Numbered from the stretch's first letter, positions 41,254 to 60,382 are shown. The stretch is 64,000 nucleotides of DNA from Octopus vulgaris (GCA_951406725.2 OX597828.1:3906001-3970000); one strand, 5' to 3'. The notes: generated by a model not told the origin, from the letters alone. Numbers and translations are program-made.

Positions 41254-42877
41254 ACACACACACACACATGCACACGCACATATACATAAATATACACATA
41301 CATACACACATATGTACATATATTTATATTTAAGTTCCAAAATGAAAACAGAATCACAACAAAGGATCAAACGGAAAATTCACACACAAGAAGGGACCTT
41401 GCTCCTTCCTCGTCAGTTACAGCCCAAAATATCCTTACAATTTCATTTTCACACTTTTAGCGACAATATTGTCCACTTTTGGTGGCCTTAGCATATGGTT
41501 GTACGCAGGGCAATTTTCACTTTTCACCTTTAATCTCGGGCTATAAAGAAATGCAAAATGAAGAGCAGAGTATACAAGTTTAGTTCTGCCTGCATGTAGT
41601 CCTTCCAGAAAAAAATAAATCTACTTAGTATCATCCCATTATGACGTACAGTAACCGGATCCTGCGGTCTCAAGCTTAATCTTCATGGACACGATATGAT
41701 AGTCTGCACCCATAATCGTTATATCGATTATATCGATAGTATGCAATAACACATTATTGTTCATCAGTACCATATTCTTACTGTGGCATATGTGCAGAAG
41801 CCAGATTGGGTGGCCTTAGTTCCTCTGTATACACTTTTACAGCAACAGTATTTTGGATGAGAAGAAAGAGAGATGAGAGAGATGAAGGTTAATCTGCTGG
41901 TAATAGAATACGTCAGAATAAGCAAACTAGAACATCCCTTTAAACATAAGAAATGCACAAGATCAACATATAATTATAGGGGAGATTTGGGTATAATTAC
42001 TAGTGCACTGCTAGAAAAAGCGCCAAAGACTAGTCGATATTGATTATGTGTGCTAAACAAGTCTTTCCTACGAATAGTATTCAAGCCTTGTACAAAAGCA
42101 TGGTACGGTCTATCCCATTGTTTGACATTTCTCTGAACTTTGCCACTTTTCAGATTTTCTCAACATTTTTTTTTATATCCACCTGATTATATATATTGTG
42201 CAATTAATCAGCCTGTTTCTAACCTACATTTTTCCTGCCCTACTGAAATTTCATGGTCCGATTGCTATCGCATTCGTAAAGAAAATAAGTATAAAAGTTA
42301 AAAAGAAGCATAACTAGCTTTTATGTCTACGAATGACTCAAATTATCGCAACAAAGTATATTCTCTTGCAATAAATTGTATACACGAAGCGCAAATGCTT
42401 AAAACATGTCCATACTCAATTAGAACATGCATAGTGAATTACGTCGAATACTATAGTAATGGAGCTGCTTTTAAGCTAACACGAATGTGAAACGAAGGCC
42501 GTTTAACCAAATAGTATTAACTCTTCCTCAAATCTCAACCTTTATGTAATAATATAAACTTAGTTATAGTATATTAATATTGACACAACCAAAAATATTA
42601 GAATTGCTGGAATGCAAATGATCATTTCTTAACTGTATCAGAGCAGTAACAGTGCATGTTAAACAACGACTAAAAGAGTGGAATTTGAATTCATACCAAG
42701 ACATTATATACGCAACGATCAGCTCATCCATGTCTAATTATATGTTACTGATTTGTAATATGAACACACGCACAGACATGTTTACATACATACACGCATA
42801 CACGCAGGCACAGATATACAAAGACATACACACAGACACCCAAACTCACACATACGTATATTTTATATTTTTAAGTC

Positions 42878-43025
42878 ATTGAACTGCAGCTACGCTGGTG
42901 TAACGCCTTTCGACCTCAGTATGGTAGTTATTCTATCGGTAACTTTTATCCGAACCACTAACTTATGGGTATATAAACAGACCAACGCCGGTTGCCAAGA
43001 GATGTCAGCGAAAACTTTAAAGACA
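42878..43025 (-). mobile_element. Diverged SINE, same family as 3638-3806
   Basis: TATTCTATCGGT..CCGAACC..CCAACGCCGGTTGCCAAG on plus strand. Confidence 0.6.
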
Positions 43026-43037
43026 CATATCTATATA

Positions 43038-43086
<49 letters not shown>

Positions 43087-43247
43087 TTTCTTTTTCTTTT
43101 CTTTGTCTCTTTTCCTTTTTTTTCTTTTTTCCCTTTCACGATCCCTTTTGATCGAAAACCAAACCCCCTTTTTTATCCCCCAAAAGAAAAGCTCTACCTT
43201 GTAATTTGTCCCATCTGTGTGCAGCCCTGTGTGGCTAATAAAGAAAC

Positions 43248-43334
<87 letters not shown>

Positions 43335-43339
43335 AAAAT

Positions 43340-43432
43340 TCTTCCAGTTTCCATTTACCAAATCCATCCACAATTGTTTAGTTAGTCTGGGACTATAGTA
43401 GAAGACACCTGCTTAAGGTACCAAGCAATGCC
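43340..43432 (-). mobile_element. SINE fragment
   Basis: TTCCAGTTTCCATTTACCAAATCCA..CTATAGTAGAAGACACCTGCTTAAGGT. Confidence 0.65.
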
Positions 43433-43572
43433 ACATTGGATTCTCTTGTCGTGAACGACAAATGAGAGCTGCGTAAAATAAAGCATTGATAATGATCTAT
43501 GAACGCGAACGTTTCTTTTGAGGCCGGCTGGTACCTTGCAAACATTTTGCTATATATTTGTATATATATATA

Positions 43573-43624
<52 letters not shown>

Positions 43625-43671
43625 ATATATGTGTGTACATGTATGTATATATATATGTATATGCTAACAGC

Positions 43672-43711
<40 letters not shown>

Positions 43712-43733
43712 CATGTACATATATATATACATA

Positions 43734-43790
<57 letters not shown>

Positions 43791-44078
43791 AATAAGGATA
43801 ATATCAATATTTAAATTAATGATCTTATCAAAGGGGCCAACTTACATATGTATGTTTATATATATATATGTGTGTGTATATATATATGTATATATATAAA
43901 TCTATATAAGTATAAACATATGTATGTACATTTACGTATATAATACATAAGTATATATATATATGAACACAATTATATTCATATTTATATATATTCACGT
44001 GAGTGCATATCTAGATATATCATATATGCGTGTGTGATTTCCCGCATGCGTATATTTTATATATGCATGTATATATAC

Positions 44079-44140
<62 letters not shown>

Positions 44141-45216
44141 ACTACATGTAAATTTATCATTTATCTACTTTATCTACATATCTGTATATCTGTGTACCTA
44201 TATATGTACATAAATGTGTGTATGTATATGTATCAATCACGTATTATATTTCGACAGTATCATTTAGATCTGCGTTTAAATTTGTTTAGATGCATGCATT
44301 TTTATTTAAGAAGAAACAAGCATCTCCGTAATACATAACGGAGCATATGTTTTTGTGATATTTCTGTTAGTTTTGTACTTCATCAAAGCGAAAGCGTTTT
44401 AGAAGAATGTGTTGAGTTTCTAACGTAGCATTATAAATATTGAATCTATAATGTAATTTATAGATCGATTGTTTCTTGTTTATTGGTTAATTATATTTAC
44501 TGCTTCCTCAAAAGGAATATATCAAAGCTTTCTTTGTTTTATGTGTACAAGATTTAATTTAGAGTCCACTTAATATTACTCAGTCTGTTTTCTCCTGAAA
44601 ATAATATAATGAAAATAAAGGAAATAATTCAGAGACAATGTATGACAAACAGACATGAACAAAAACAAAATAATAATAACAAAACCAATGTTAGTGAAAG
44701 TAGTTTATTGCTTCAGATTATTAGTAACTTATTAATGGACAATTGTACAATTATGTGTTGAGAAGTATATGGAACTATTAGCACTTACTTCACTAATAGA
44801 TTTGTGTTATGTTAGTTCGAGTTGTATTTTAAGTTTCTTATATTTACTTAGGCCTCATCTATTTTTGAGTTAAAGTAAGTTACCCATTCAGCTTCCTTGA
44901 ATAGGATTCCATATTCAAGAGAGACCACTGCAACACAATTATGTAGATGTAGATAAAAAAATATCATAAACACGCTGATTATATATTTTTGCCATACACA
45001 CTTAAGATATCAAAATAAAGGAAATCCTGTGGTTAGAAAGCGGACATAACATATAATCTGTTTCTTTTTATACTGTTTTTGTTTAAATCAGCTGTATTAG
45101 AGAATAGAATTTATTTCGCTTGTATTTCATGAAAATACACTAAAATTTGGATGTCCGACTGCATGTGCAATCTGTTCAATCTCCTTTTATACACTTGTAT
45201 AGTATTCACCATTGAA

Positions 45217-45518
45217 GGCGCGTGGCGTAGGGGTTAGGGTATTTGGCTCATGATCATGAGGATTCCTGGCGACGCGTTGTCCTAGAGCAATCACTTTATT
45301 TTCAAGGTGCTCCATTTCACATAGCTCTCAGAAATGAGTAATACCTGTATTTCAAAGGTATTGTCACATACTGTGTCTTGCTGAATGTCCCTGAGAACTA
45401 AGTTAATGGTACACGTGTCTGTGGGCTACACAACCACATGCACGTTAATTTCTCGAGCAGGCTGTTCTGTTGATCGGATCAACTTGACCCCCCGTTGTCG
45501 TAACCGACGGAGTGCCAG
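45217..45518 (+). mobile_element. Full-length tRNA-derived SINE
   Basis: GGCGCGTGGCGTAGGGGTTAGG head through GTAACCGACGGAGTGCCA; homolog of 25170-25432. Confidence 0.8.
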
Positions 45519-47243
45519 TTAGTATTCACTGGCAAAGTTGAGAGAAACTTATGCTTTATATAAGCTTTATAAAATCTGCTTCGATTATACAATTGTAACT
45601 GATTCAATAAAACTGAAATATGCTATTCTGGAAAGTTAATTGGTGCCGAGAAATATATTAACATGAATCTAGTGTTGACGCTAAAGTTCAAGGTTCAGAA
45701 AGTTTAGGAATTGTAGTGTTTTCCTTTAGTTGCCATTAAACACCAGAAGATGGTATTGTGGTTAAAACATACAAAACTCGGAGAAGGGCTGTTCACTAGA
45801 TATCTGCTTTGCATATCCATCTATATACAAGGACATGTGCTGATATAATGCGAAACAGTATCTTTGTTTATAGGTTAAACGGGTCCGGTGTCTCAACGCT
45901 AAGCTTGGGGAAGCTAAGAAACAGACAAATTAAGCTATAAGTATACTAGTAGAAAGCAAAAGGAACACCTGCTGTATCTTTCCTTAGATGCAGCAGAAAT
46001 TCTTCATGTATCTTCACGCTTTGGAGTGAGACCATGACCGCCCTCGCATGTAGGCGTGTCACAGGAAGAGAGACAGAGTTAACTATACGATGTTACAAAA
46101 TATGGATGATTATACAGTAGCTACATTTATGAATAATCTCAAATCATGAAGTGCGCGTCTAGCTTCACGATTGTATTTAAAACTCACTTCCACCGAAGAC
46201 GACTTTGCCTTTTATCTCGCGAGTAAACTTCTATAAAATAAGTACTAGTCGTTCGTTGTATTCGGCGAATGGACTATTAACTTTGCAATTAAGCCAGGTA
46301 TTGCGTCTTTAAAGAAAGTCATCACAAAAGAAAGTTATCATTAGCAGTATAATTTAAAATACGTAGCCTCATGCTTCACCGTAAGCTTTTCTTAAATAAC
46401 AGTATTGGCATTTTGTGAACCATTTCACAATAAACAATGTATTACTTTAAAGAAAAATATGAAATCTCATCAACAAACGTTTTAGCATTAATCAGAATTG
46501 ATTATAATCCAGTTTCATAAATCACCAGAGATTCAATTAAACGCATGTGATGAACCTATTAGAATAACCTAAACAGTATGAGAAATTAACATACCTGAGA
46601 TTTGAGCGTTGGAAACAAAATAACGGAAACCTAAATGTATCTACTCGATTTAATGGAAAATATCTTTGTAGATCTATCGTATACGGAGCTAAAATAATTT
46701 GTGAATGTTAAAAATCGATGTATATAACAAACAAAAACAGTTTCACAGATGAAAGAGGAATAATGTTAAATATTTATCCAAGTAAATCAGGACATTAAAC
46801 GAGAACGGCATGCAAAACAACCATAATGTTCAGTCGTTGAGAGCTTCAATATTTATATAAAAACTTCATTATTATGTTCACTCTGGCTAGCAGAATAATA
46901 TAATATCCTTTCCAATTAATAAACAAAAACACATTATTTTCAAATGTCAGCATCAAACTAGATATTTATAAACTACAACCTGAAGATACATCCCAGTAAT
47001 TTCTGTATTTTACTGACCCTCGACCTGAAGAGGGCGACACCAAAGCATGACTGGTCATTCACAAACGCTACGAGTATCAACCATTAAATCCGTGATCTAT
47101 TGAACCATTTTTTGAATGCACGTGCAGTTTTCTTTATGATCACTTCAGCGAAAATGAGTAAATAATGATTGGAATATAAAAGAAAAAAATGTATGACTAC
47201 ATATACATACACAATTAATAAATACATACACACACATGCATAG

Positions 47244-47319
<76 letters not shown>

Positions 47320-47320
47320 C

Positions 47321-47436
<116 letters not shown>

Positions 47437-48239
47437 ATAAAAGGTACATATGTATGTGTATGTCTATAATTTTCATGACTAATATAGGGTGTACAATATA
47501 GATTTAAGTACATACATTTCTATAGTTTCCTACAGCTTCACTCCTGATTCATATCTTTGTAGAAAATCAGTGGAATGCTTCATAAGAACTATTTAATGCT
47601 AAGAGGATGGCAAGAATAAACAATTCCAGTTTACCATAGTTAGTACGAAGATCACTACTCTCTGAAAACACATTTACGAATAATGTAAGCGAAACAATGA
47701 AACAAAATAGATGATAGAACTAGTTGTATGTGTAAGAGGTTTTACGTATTTCCAATGTCTAACACACGCAGATAAACAGACAGACAGACAGCCACACACA
47801 CAGACACACACAGCCATATGTGTATGTATGTACGTATGTATGTATTTTTGAATGTGTGGGCATGCCCAATACTTAGTAAGTTATTGTTGAACAAGTGCCG
47901 AATTTCTTCCCTGCAGCTGCACTGACATGTTACTGTTACTATTAAATTCATCGATGTGCTGGATATATTATATCTGAGTCTCTCTCCACAGTCCCTCTTT
48001 TGAAGAAGTTCTTCATGTACACAAGCACACGAATCCTCTCAATTTTTGTGTTGCCTAGTTTCATTTATTATTTTCCAAAGTTCAACATATCAACAATGCA
48101 GTCACTGGTAACAAACTTCCTATGGTGTAACTGTACAAATAACATTTTGAGGAAAGTTCCCACCAAAGGGGACAGTGAAATCTTTAAGACAGGCTTTTGG
48201 CCTGAGAATCGGATGATAGTAGCTCAAGATTGCGAATGC

Positions 48240-48460
48240 AGCTGATTGCCTAGAGTTTCGAGACATAAACTTCACCAAACTCACTTGTGAATTTTACGGA
48301 AGACGATGGAATCTGCTACGCTGAAGAACAGGTCGTGGATGCCCTAGATTGGGTTTTCGAATAATGGGAACGAGGACAAAACTATTACTATATGATCCAT
48401 AGGGAAGAAACCAGGATATGTAAAGTTCCAATCTACATGACATTCGTCGTCAAGTCAAAT
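48240..48460 (-). mobile_element. Possible RTE-like LINE remnant
   Basis: ECHVDWNFTYPG resembles the (V)D.FTYLG motif of the RT C-terminus; weak. Confidence 0.3.
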
Positions 48461-50066
48461 GAATCGGTCTAAAATAAATACCATACCCTGTACTTTTTTA
48501 ATTATCAAGCAGTTTTAGATGCGACGTATGGCAAACGTTCAGCAAGTTTTACTTTTTCTGGAAAATTATTTCCGTATAAATGCATCAAATTTAGAATGAT
48601 GCGCTCATATTTGCTACTTGACCTGCAAGTCATTCATTCAAACCATTGACACTTTCTTTAGTCAGTGCACAGGCTTTTGTTCAGTGAGGATCCATTCAAG
48701 GTATATTGTTGTTGGTTGTTTCATAACGCAATAGGCAGCATATAATACTAGGAGTACTGATATTATTAATAAAATATTAAGCATATTTTTAAAAGGCAAG
48801 ATGATAAACGTTCAAGGAGACCAATGATTAGCAGACGCAATAAGTTTTGGAGTTGATTCTTGCAAATGCTTGGAATTCGTTAGAGATTTTGTTTGAAGTT
48901 TCTAAGGGAAATTTGCAAAATCGCTGCTATTGTTCAAAATTTGTTCCCCATCTCCTTACCACACAATGTATCGCCGTTGCATACTGATAGCAATAATTAG
49001 TTAGAGAATTTTGAGTGATAGCAATGAAATGGGGCTTAAAATTACATTGGAACTCTCGATTGGCGATCGTACAGAACCATTAAAACTGAGACCGTGTACC
49101 TTCACTCACAAAGACAATAAAGCGGATCTTTCCTGTAATCCATTAATAGCTGCATATATTGGAAGGATTAGTACAAGTATTCCGGATAGGATTATAGAGT
49201 CGATCATAATATACCTTCCTTTCCCTTTTCAAAATATTCTGCGTGTATTATCATCTGGATTAAGCATTATAACTAATTATTACAATATGTTATGAATAAC
49301 TATTATACTCCATCGATATTTTTCAGCTAATATAAATAATTTCACTAAACTTCTGACAGATATGGAAGACAATAAGGCTGAAATAATGTTAGAAGCAGAA
49401 ATATTGTTGTCTATAGAAATCACGCATAAATTGTATAGGAATCCAAGTGACGTTAGTGTAGGTGAGCCGACACTCCTCGGTTTAAGGAAGTTATTCGCTT
49501 GTAATTACTTCATGATGTCAATACTGTTTCTAAATTCAATTTATAATCCTAAGACTACTGAGAACATCAGAAAAGATTTTATTTTTAAAACGTATGATCA
49601 TATTTTGACAATAAACTGAATTCTGTGGCTTCCTCAAATTACCTTTAATCCATCTTATCCAATTTTTATACTTTCAATTAACCAAATAACATACGAAACC
49701 ATATTTGCAGAGTTTCTAGTTATAACTGGAATATGATAATGTATGGCGCTTTGTGACATTTCTGCTAATATTGAAATATGTTTTAGAAAGGACGTACTGT
49801 CCAGAAGTCGTTTCAATATTACGGTATATGTTAATAAATATGCTCTGATTGGGTACAAATAAAGAGGCTTAGAGGTATGATACAAGCAATTCTATCTTTT
49901 AAAGAAAGAATTGTATGCATCTTTAGCTAAGATTGCTCTCACTGACATATTCGTCCCATTTACAGATGCCATAAAATTATAGATACCAATACAGAAACGC
50001 AAAATATTATTGACAAAAAATATTATGCGTTTATAAGCAGAGAAGGTACTACTACTACTACTACTA

Positions 50067-50157
<91 letters not shown>

Positions 50158-50165
50158 TAATAATA

Positions 50166-50316
50166 GGCATTCACTAGTACAACACTAGGTACAAAACCAA
50201 ATATATGGCACCCTAGGCATAACACCAACATGAACTTCCAACTTGTTGTCTCTTGAGGTCTCTGGGTGAGACTTGGAGCCAGCTTGTGCAAATGTAAAGC
50301 AAAAGGCAAACATAGA
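50166..50316 (+). mobile_element. Dong/R4 3' UTR-only insertion in (TAA)n
   Basis: Near-identical to 55529-55680 (GGCATTCACTAGTACAACAC..GTGAGACTTGGAGCCA..AAACATAGAATAA). Confidence 0.85.
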
Positions 50317-50327
50317 ATAATAATAAT

Positions 50328-53900
<3,573 letters not shown>

Positions 53901-54035
53901 TGTTTCTATACACAACTTGGAATAAAATAACTATTAAAAATCACACAAATCCTGGTGTAAATGAATATTTTGAACTAGACTTACTTGGAGCATTCGAAAA
54001 CACGTCCGATGTGTTCCGCAGCAAATGTAATAACA

Positions 54036-54098
<63 letters not shown>

Positions 54099-54103
54099 TT
54101 AAT

Positions 54104-54219
<116 letters not shown>

Positions 54220-54244
54220 GAAGAAGAAGAAGAAGAAGAATGTT

Positions 54245-55680
54245 ATCGCAGAGTAAGAGCAATACTCAAGACAGAGATAAATGCCAGAAACAGGATCGAA
54301 GCGATCAATGCTTTGGCCATACCAATATCGTTAACTGGTCAATTACTGAAATATGTAATCATGACAGAAAAATACGAAAACTGTTGACAATGCATAGAAT
54401 GCACCACCCTAAGGCAGATATAGAACGACTTTATCTGCCAAGAAAAGAGGGAGGCCGTGGACTTTTACAACTGGCAATAACAATGAAGATTGCTACAATT
54501 GGCCTAGACACCTACCTGAAAAACTCTGAGGACTGGATGTTAAAACTTGTCTCAAAACATGAAAACAAGAAAGCATCATACTCAGTAACAAAACAGGCAA
54601 AGGAATATCTAAGTGAATTCCGAATACAACAAATTTCGGAATTAGACATACAAGAAACAAGCACAGAAAAAGCTAAGCGCATGAAAACCCGTGCTAAAAC
54701 TGCTGCCTTAGATATTCTGAATGATAAATGGCAAGAAAAACCTCTCTATGGCAAATACCTAAAGAGAGCGAATAATGCAGATGTTGACAAAGCCCTGACA
54801 CATCAATGGCTAATGGCCTCTGGCTTAAAAGCTGAAACAGAAGGGTTTATCATAGCAGCTCAAGATCAATGCCTACCAACAAAGAACTTCCAGGCCAACA
54901 TATTAAAGAACGGCAGTAGCCCAAATTGTGTATGTCAACAACAAAATGAAACCATTGACCATGTTGTCTCCAAGTGCAGTCTTCTAACGCCTACAGAGTA
55001 TCTCAACAGGCATGATAGAGCTGCACAATATATTCACTGGGTAATCTGCAAAAACCTGGATTTGCCCCATGAAAAAAACTGGTGGGAACAAACCACCTCC
55101 ATTGCTTGAAAATGACCATATCTCACTCCTCTGGAACGTCCCCATTCAAACTGACAGAAAGATAGATGCAAATAGGCCAGACATCATATTGAAAGACTTC
55201 AAAGAACATGCCTACTCATTGATATGACTGTCCCAATCGATATAAACGTATCTGTCAAGACCTACCAAAAACTGAGCAAATATAAAAATCTTGAAATAGA
55301 AATCAGCAAAATGTGGAAGCTGAAGACTAAAACAATACCTGTTGTCATAGGTGCCCTGGGTATGATAGCAAATGGGGCTGATCGCTACCTAACACAGATA
55401 CCAGGAAACCCCAAAATGGCAGAAAATTCAAAAGATAGTGCTCATGGGAACTGCTCATATCCTACGCAAAATACTTTCTATGTAACCTCAAGTTTTAAAA
55501 CAAACATAACTTTCGTTTTTTTTTTTTAGGCATTCACTAGTACAACACTAAATACAAAACCAAATATATGGCACACTAGGCATAACAACAATACGAACTT
55601 CCAACCTGTTGCCTCTTGAGGTCTCTGGGTGAGACTTGGAGCCAACTTGTACAAATGTAAAGCAAAAGTCAAACATAGAA
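54245..55680 (+). mobile_element. 5'-truncated, frameshifted Dong/R4 LINE in (TAA)n (second subfamily)
   Basis: MHHPKADIERLYLPRKEGGRGL, GLKAETEGFIIAAQDQ, ETIDHVVSKC, RHD, NRPDI, KLSKYKNLEIE. Confidence 0.9.
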
Positions 55681-55697
55681 TAATAATAATAATAGTA

Positions 55698-55751
<54 letters not shown>

Positions 55752-55808
55752 TTAGTAGTAATAATAATAATAATAATAATAATAATTATAATTATAATAA
55801 TAATAACA

Positions 55809-55851
<43 letters not shown>

Positions 55852-55894
55852 TAATAATAATACTTATAATAATAACAACAACAACATCATCATC

Positions 55895-55933
<39 letters not shown>

Positions 55934-57299
55934 AATAATAATAATAATTGTGACTATTTAGCATTCCTTTCCTCTATGACTTTTCGAATATATAAGTGTC
56001 TCTTTTATTGTAACAACACTCTTGCAATCTTCCGGCTATCTAGCTTTGTCAGTTTCTAAATAATTCGTTCTACCAATGTGAGTACTATAATCCTTGCCCT
56101 AAGTCAGACACTCGGCAAGTCTCGAACACCTAAACATCCCTTGCTCATCTTGGAAAATGTGTAGCTCTTCCAAACATTCTCCATATGTGATAAACATGCA
56201 TCAGGTAAGCAACTGTGAATATTTACAAACTGCACAATTACGAAAACTGTCAATCACTGCAAAACCTATAAAAAGAAAAGGAAAGAATCAGTGGTGTAAA
56301 TATCAGAATATATATTATTATTTTTTCTATCAGTAATTAAAACAGAACAAGTTTGGCTGGTTCTTTCCAGGATCACGGTGTTCATTGATCTCTGTGGTAG
56401 TAAATACATATTTAATCTCTACTGATCTCGAGGGAGTGGCGCTTCTTTTATTTTTTGATCGCACATGAATGCGAAGTCTCCATTGTTGATATCCTTGTCA
56501 CCATCTCCTGAAACTTTTCACAGACTGGTGGTATTTAGCACTCCTACTATCCCCTCGACTCTCACGTGTTTATGAATATCACCAATACAAGGCAAAAGTC
56601 AAAATCAAACAACATTTAATACTACTACACAGCTGTAAGAGCAACTAAATTCTACAGTAGCTCATGACAACGATGATAACAGATACACTGTTGCTATGGT
56701 TACAAGGATAGCTGGAAGCAATGAGACTATGGCAGTATTGGGATAGCTACCGATGCTCGCTGCTACTATAATGAAAAGGTAAAAGTAATTGTAACAGTAA
56801 TAATGGGGAACTTGACAATGGCTGAGATAATAACAGTTTCTACATCAGCCACACAGAGTTTAATACTTCTAATATTAATGTAGCACTAAGCAGAAATGAA
56901 AATTAAAACAGTACCCGAAATCACTTGTTCTATGACTAAACTGGAAGCATGTACCCCCAGGAGGGGACCAGCCTGCAGTCGGAATGTCATCCACTGGTAC
57001 AAACTCTTCTGGGAATACAACCCTGGGTAGTTACTTGAACAGGGACTGCCCCAACTCGAGCACTCCATGTTCAACACCACAGCCATCACAGAAAGAAAAA
57101 TGTAAGAGGATCAAATGAACCCGAGAAGAATACAGAGACGTAATATACGCTTATTATTATGCATTAGGTAGGCCATCTGAAGTGAAACACAACGCACACT
57201 CTGATCAAATATGAAGAATTCGAAATGTAGACAGTAGACTATATTAAATAAGTAAGATAATGTTAGGAGGGATACTTTTAGAAATAACCACAATCAGAC

Positions 57300-57950
57300 A
57301 CGCGGCAGAAAATGAACTAAATATAAAACAGAAAAGAAATGAAGAATCAGACGAAGAAAGCAACTCCCCACGTGTCTCAATTGAAAGACTGCTATCTGAC
57401 CAGAACAAATGTTTGGAGAAATAAATTGTAATGAACCTGATAAGTAGTGTCAGGACAGTGGTTAAGAAGCAGTATTTGGCGACTACACATTAGCAGAAGA
57501 ACACTGATTATCTTTAATATAAACGAAGCAGAAAATCCTGAATAAGCTTACAATTGTCAGACATTCCTATATGAATGAATTAATTCAGTTATTCAATGAA
57601 TAAACCAGATTGGTTAGCAAGTGTTATTACTTACCTACTTCAACAGAATAATGAAACCAAATTTCCCCCAAACTATCGGCCCATAACCTGTCTATGTACC
57701 ACATATAAGATTTGAACATCCATCCTCGTGTAGAAAACTTACGCATTTACAGAAGAGAACGATATTTTCTTACCTGAAGTAAAAGAGGGCCGACGAGGAT
57801 CATTAGGATGCAAAGATCAACTCCTAATCAATCGTAAGATCCTCGAGAACTGTCATAACAAATGCAGAAATCTCAGTTCTGCATCGATTGATTATAAAAA
57901 TTCCTTTGTCAGCATACGTCATGCCTGGATCTTAAAATGGCGGGAATCGT
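57300..57950 (+). pseudogene. Dong/R4-like reverse transcriptase N-terminal remnant
   Basis: NYRPITCLCTTYK, GRRGSLGCKDQLLIN, IDYKNSFVSIRHAWILK; stops and frameshifts. Confidence 0.75.
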
Positions 57951-57957
57951 TAATAAC

Positions 57958-57999
<42 letters not shown>

Positions 58000-58024
58000 G
58001 TAGTAGTAGTAGTAGTGGTAGTAA

Positions 58025-58254
<230 letters not shown>

Positions 58255-58586
58255 ATAATAATAATAATGATTGTTTCAAATTTTGGCTAATAGCTAGCAA
58301 ATTCAGGGGAAGGGAAAGTCGATTGTATATGAGAAAAAAAAATTGAATACACGAGATGCTTTATTAATTACAACGATCGTTTCCACTCCTCTTGCATCGG
58401 TCCATCACGGTGATTCGTATTTTCATAAACTCTTTCGAAATTTTCATTAATTTTATAAAACGATTTTAATGGTTCAGATTTTATAATTTAGTTAAACCAA
58501 GTGTGGTCCATCCTAGCATTTTTCGTGTAAAGTCCATTCGCTTTTAAACGATATCTAAAACGATTTCGATTTTTCTATTTATACGG

Positions 58587-58650
<64 letters not shown>

Positions 58651-58989
58651 TTTGTATAGCTTGTATATCTTGTGGCTTTGAATTGTGCCAACAATTACGA
58701 CCACTTCTGAAACTTTTTCTTTATAATTATTTTTACAAATTCATATAAATTTGATAACCTTCATATTTTCACGTTCCATCACACAATCCCAGGCCATCAC
58801 AATCTTTAATAATTTGTACATTTGTATTGTTAACTCATTTTTTAATATTTTATTTTTATTTCATCCATATTTTAGTTTAAATTTTATTTTGTTTTACCCA
58901 TCAAGGTGGTATCTTCCATTAGACATGCCTTATCCTTGTGCCGGATCTAGACCGTTCCTCTATTTAAAGTTTTGGGAGTATAGTGCGAT

Positions 58990-59028
58990 TGATACCTGAT
59001 GAACGTACGCATATACGGGAAACTATCA
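58990..59028 (+). ncRNA. Hammerhead remnant lacking the stem III loop and cleavage triplet
   Basis: TGATAC-CTGATGA-A-CGTA(CGCATA)TACG-G-GAAAC-TATCA. Confidence 0.5.
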
Positions 59029-59039
59029 CTAGCGCGATA

Positions 59040-60208
59040 AGAGCATGGCATAGTTGGAAAATTGGGAGAATGGCTTCATGACTTTGTGAAGGATAGACGT
59101 CAGGTGGTAGTAGCCATTAAACACGCAAATAGTGAGCGGTGTTCCGCAAGGCTGTTTTGGGACCACTTCTGTTCATAATGGCCCTCTCAGACATGCCCTC
59201 AGCCACGCAGAGAGCCACGATCACAAGTTATGCAGATGATACAAAAGTTTCACAGAACCCTGAAGACACTAATCACCTGCAATGTGAGCTGGACAAAATA
59301 TACAAGTGGGCTGAAAAGAATAGCATGCAGTTCAATGCTGAAAAGTTTCAAGCTTTATGCTATCAGCATGCAAAACTAAATGCAATACCCAGTGAATACA
59401 CTGGACCTGGAGGGATTGCAATCCCAGAGGCACAATCAGTGCTAGACCTGGGTATTTACATGAGTGATGATGCAACCTTTCATGTGCATGTTGTTAAATT
59501 GGCAATGAAATGGAGGCGGCTGACCGGATGGATTCTTAGAACCTTTAGAACAAGAGACCAGGAAACCATGATGGTCCTCTGGAAGACACTTGTCCTAAGC
59601 CACTTTGACTATTGCTCTCAGCTATGGTCACCATCCAGTGTCAAGTTAATCACGGAACTTGAGGCGATCCAACGAAGCTACACGAAGAAGATAGCCTCTG
59701 TGCAGCATATAGCTGGGAAAGACTCAAGAGATTGAGACTCTATTCCTTAGAGCGTAGGCGAGAAAGATATGCCATAATATACATCTGGAAGATCCTAGAA
59801 GGACTTGTCCCAAACTTTGGCATCGAGAGTTACACAAATGCCAGAACTGGGCGCCACTGCATAGTGCCAAGGACTCCAAATTTGCTATCAAGATGTAGGA
59901 CAAGATACTGTGATAGCCTGGGCTTCTGAGGCACACAGCTCTTCAATATCCTCCCGAAGAACCTAAGAGACCTGCAATGGGGTGGCATGCAGATGTCTTT
60001 AAAATGAAACTGGATCTCTTCTTGTCAGTTGTCCCAGATGAACCAACTTCACGACAGGAGGTGCAGATGAGGGCAGCTGCATCGAACTCTCTCATGCACC
60101 AAATGGCAGTTCTAAAAAGCATTCGTGAAGTAAAATCATGTAGCAACACCAAATGGCGGTGCCCCAGCATGGCCACAGCTTGTGAGCTGAAACTAGATAA
60201 AAATAAAA

Positions 60209-60210
<2 letters not shown>
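59040..60210 (+). mobile_element. 5'-truncated CR1-group LINE (RT C-terminal half plus 3' UTR)
   Basis: GVPQ/VLGPLLFIMALSDM, YADDTKV, MQFNAEKF, DLGIYM, DYCSQLWSP, LYSLERRRER; frameshifts; tail GGCGGTGCCCCAGCATGGCC..GATAAAAATAAAA. Confidence 0.9.
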
Positions 60211-60259
<49 letters not shown>

Positions 60260-60335
60260 TACATATATATATGTATAAATATATGTTTACATATATATAA
60301 TATATATATATGTATATATAAATATATGTTTACAA

Positions 60336-60382
<47 letters not shown>

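Noticed and set aside
41764-42170. Stop-free minus-strand stretch of ~130 codons
   Set aside because: No recognisable domain and no supported splice signals.
47020-47058. CTGAAGAGGGCGACACCAAAGCATG possible hammerhead
   Set aside because: G12 is missing and there is no valid NUH triplet; too many changes needed.
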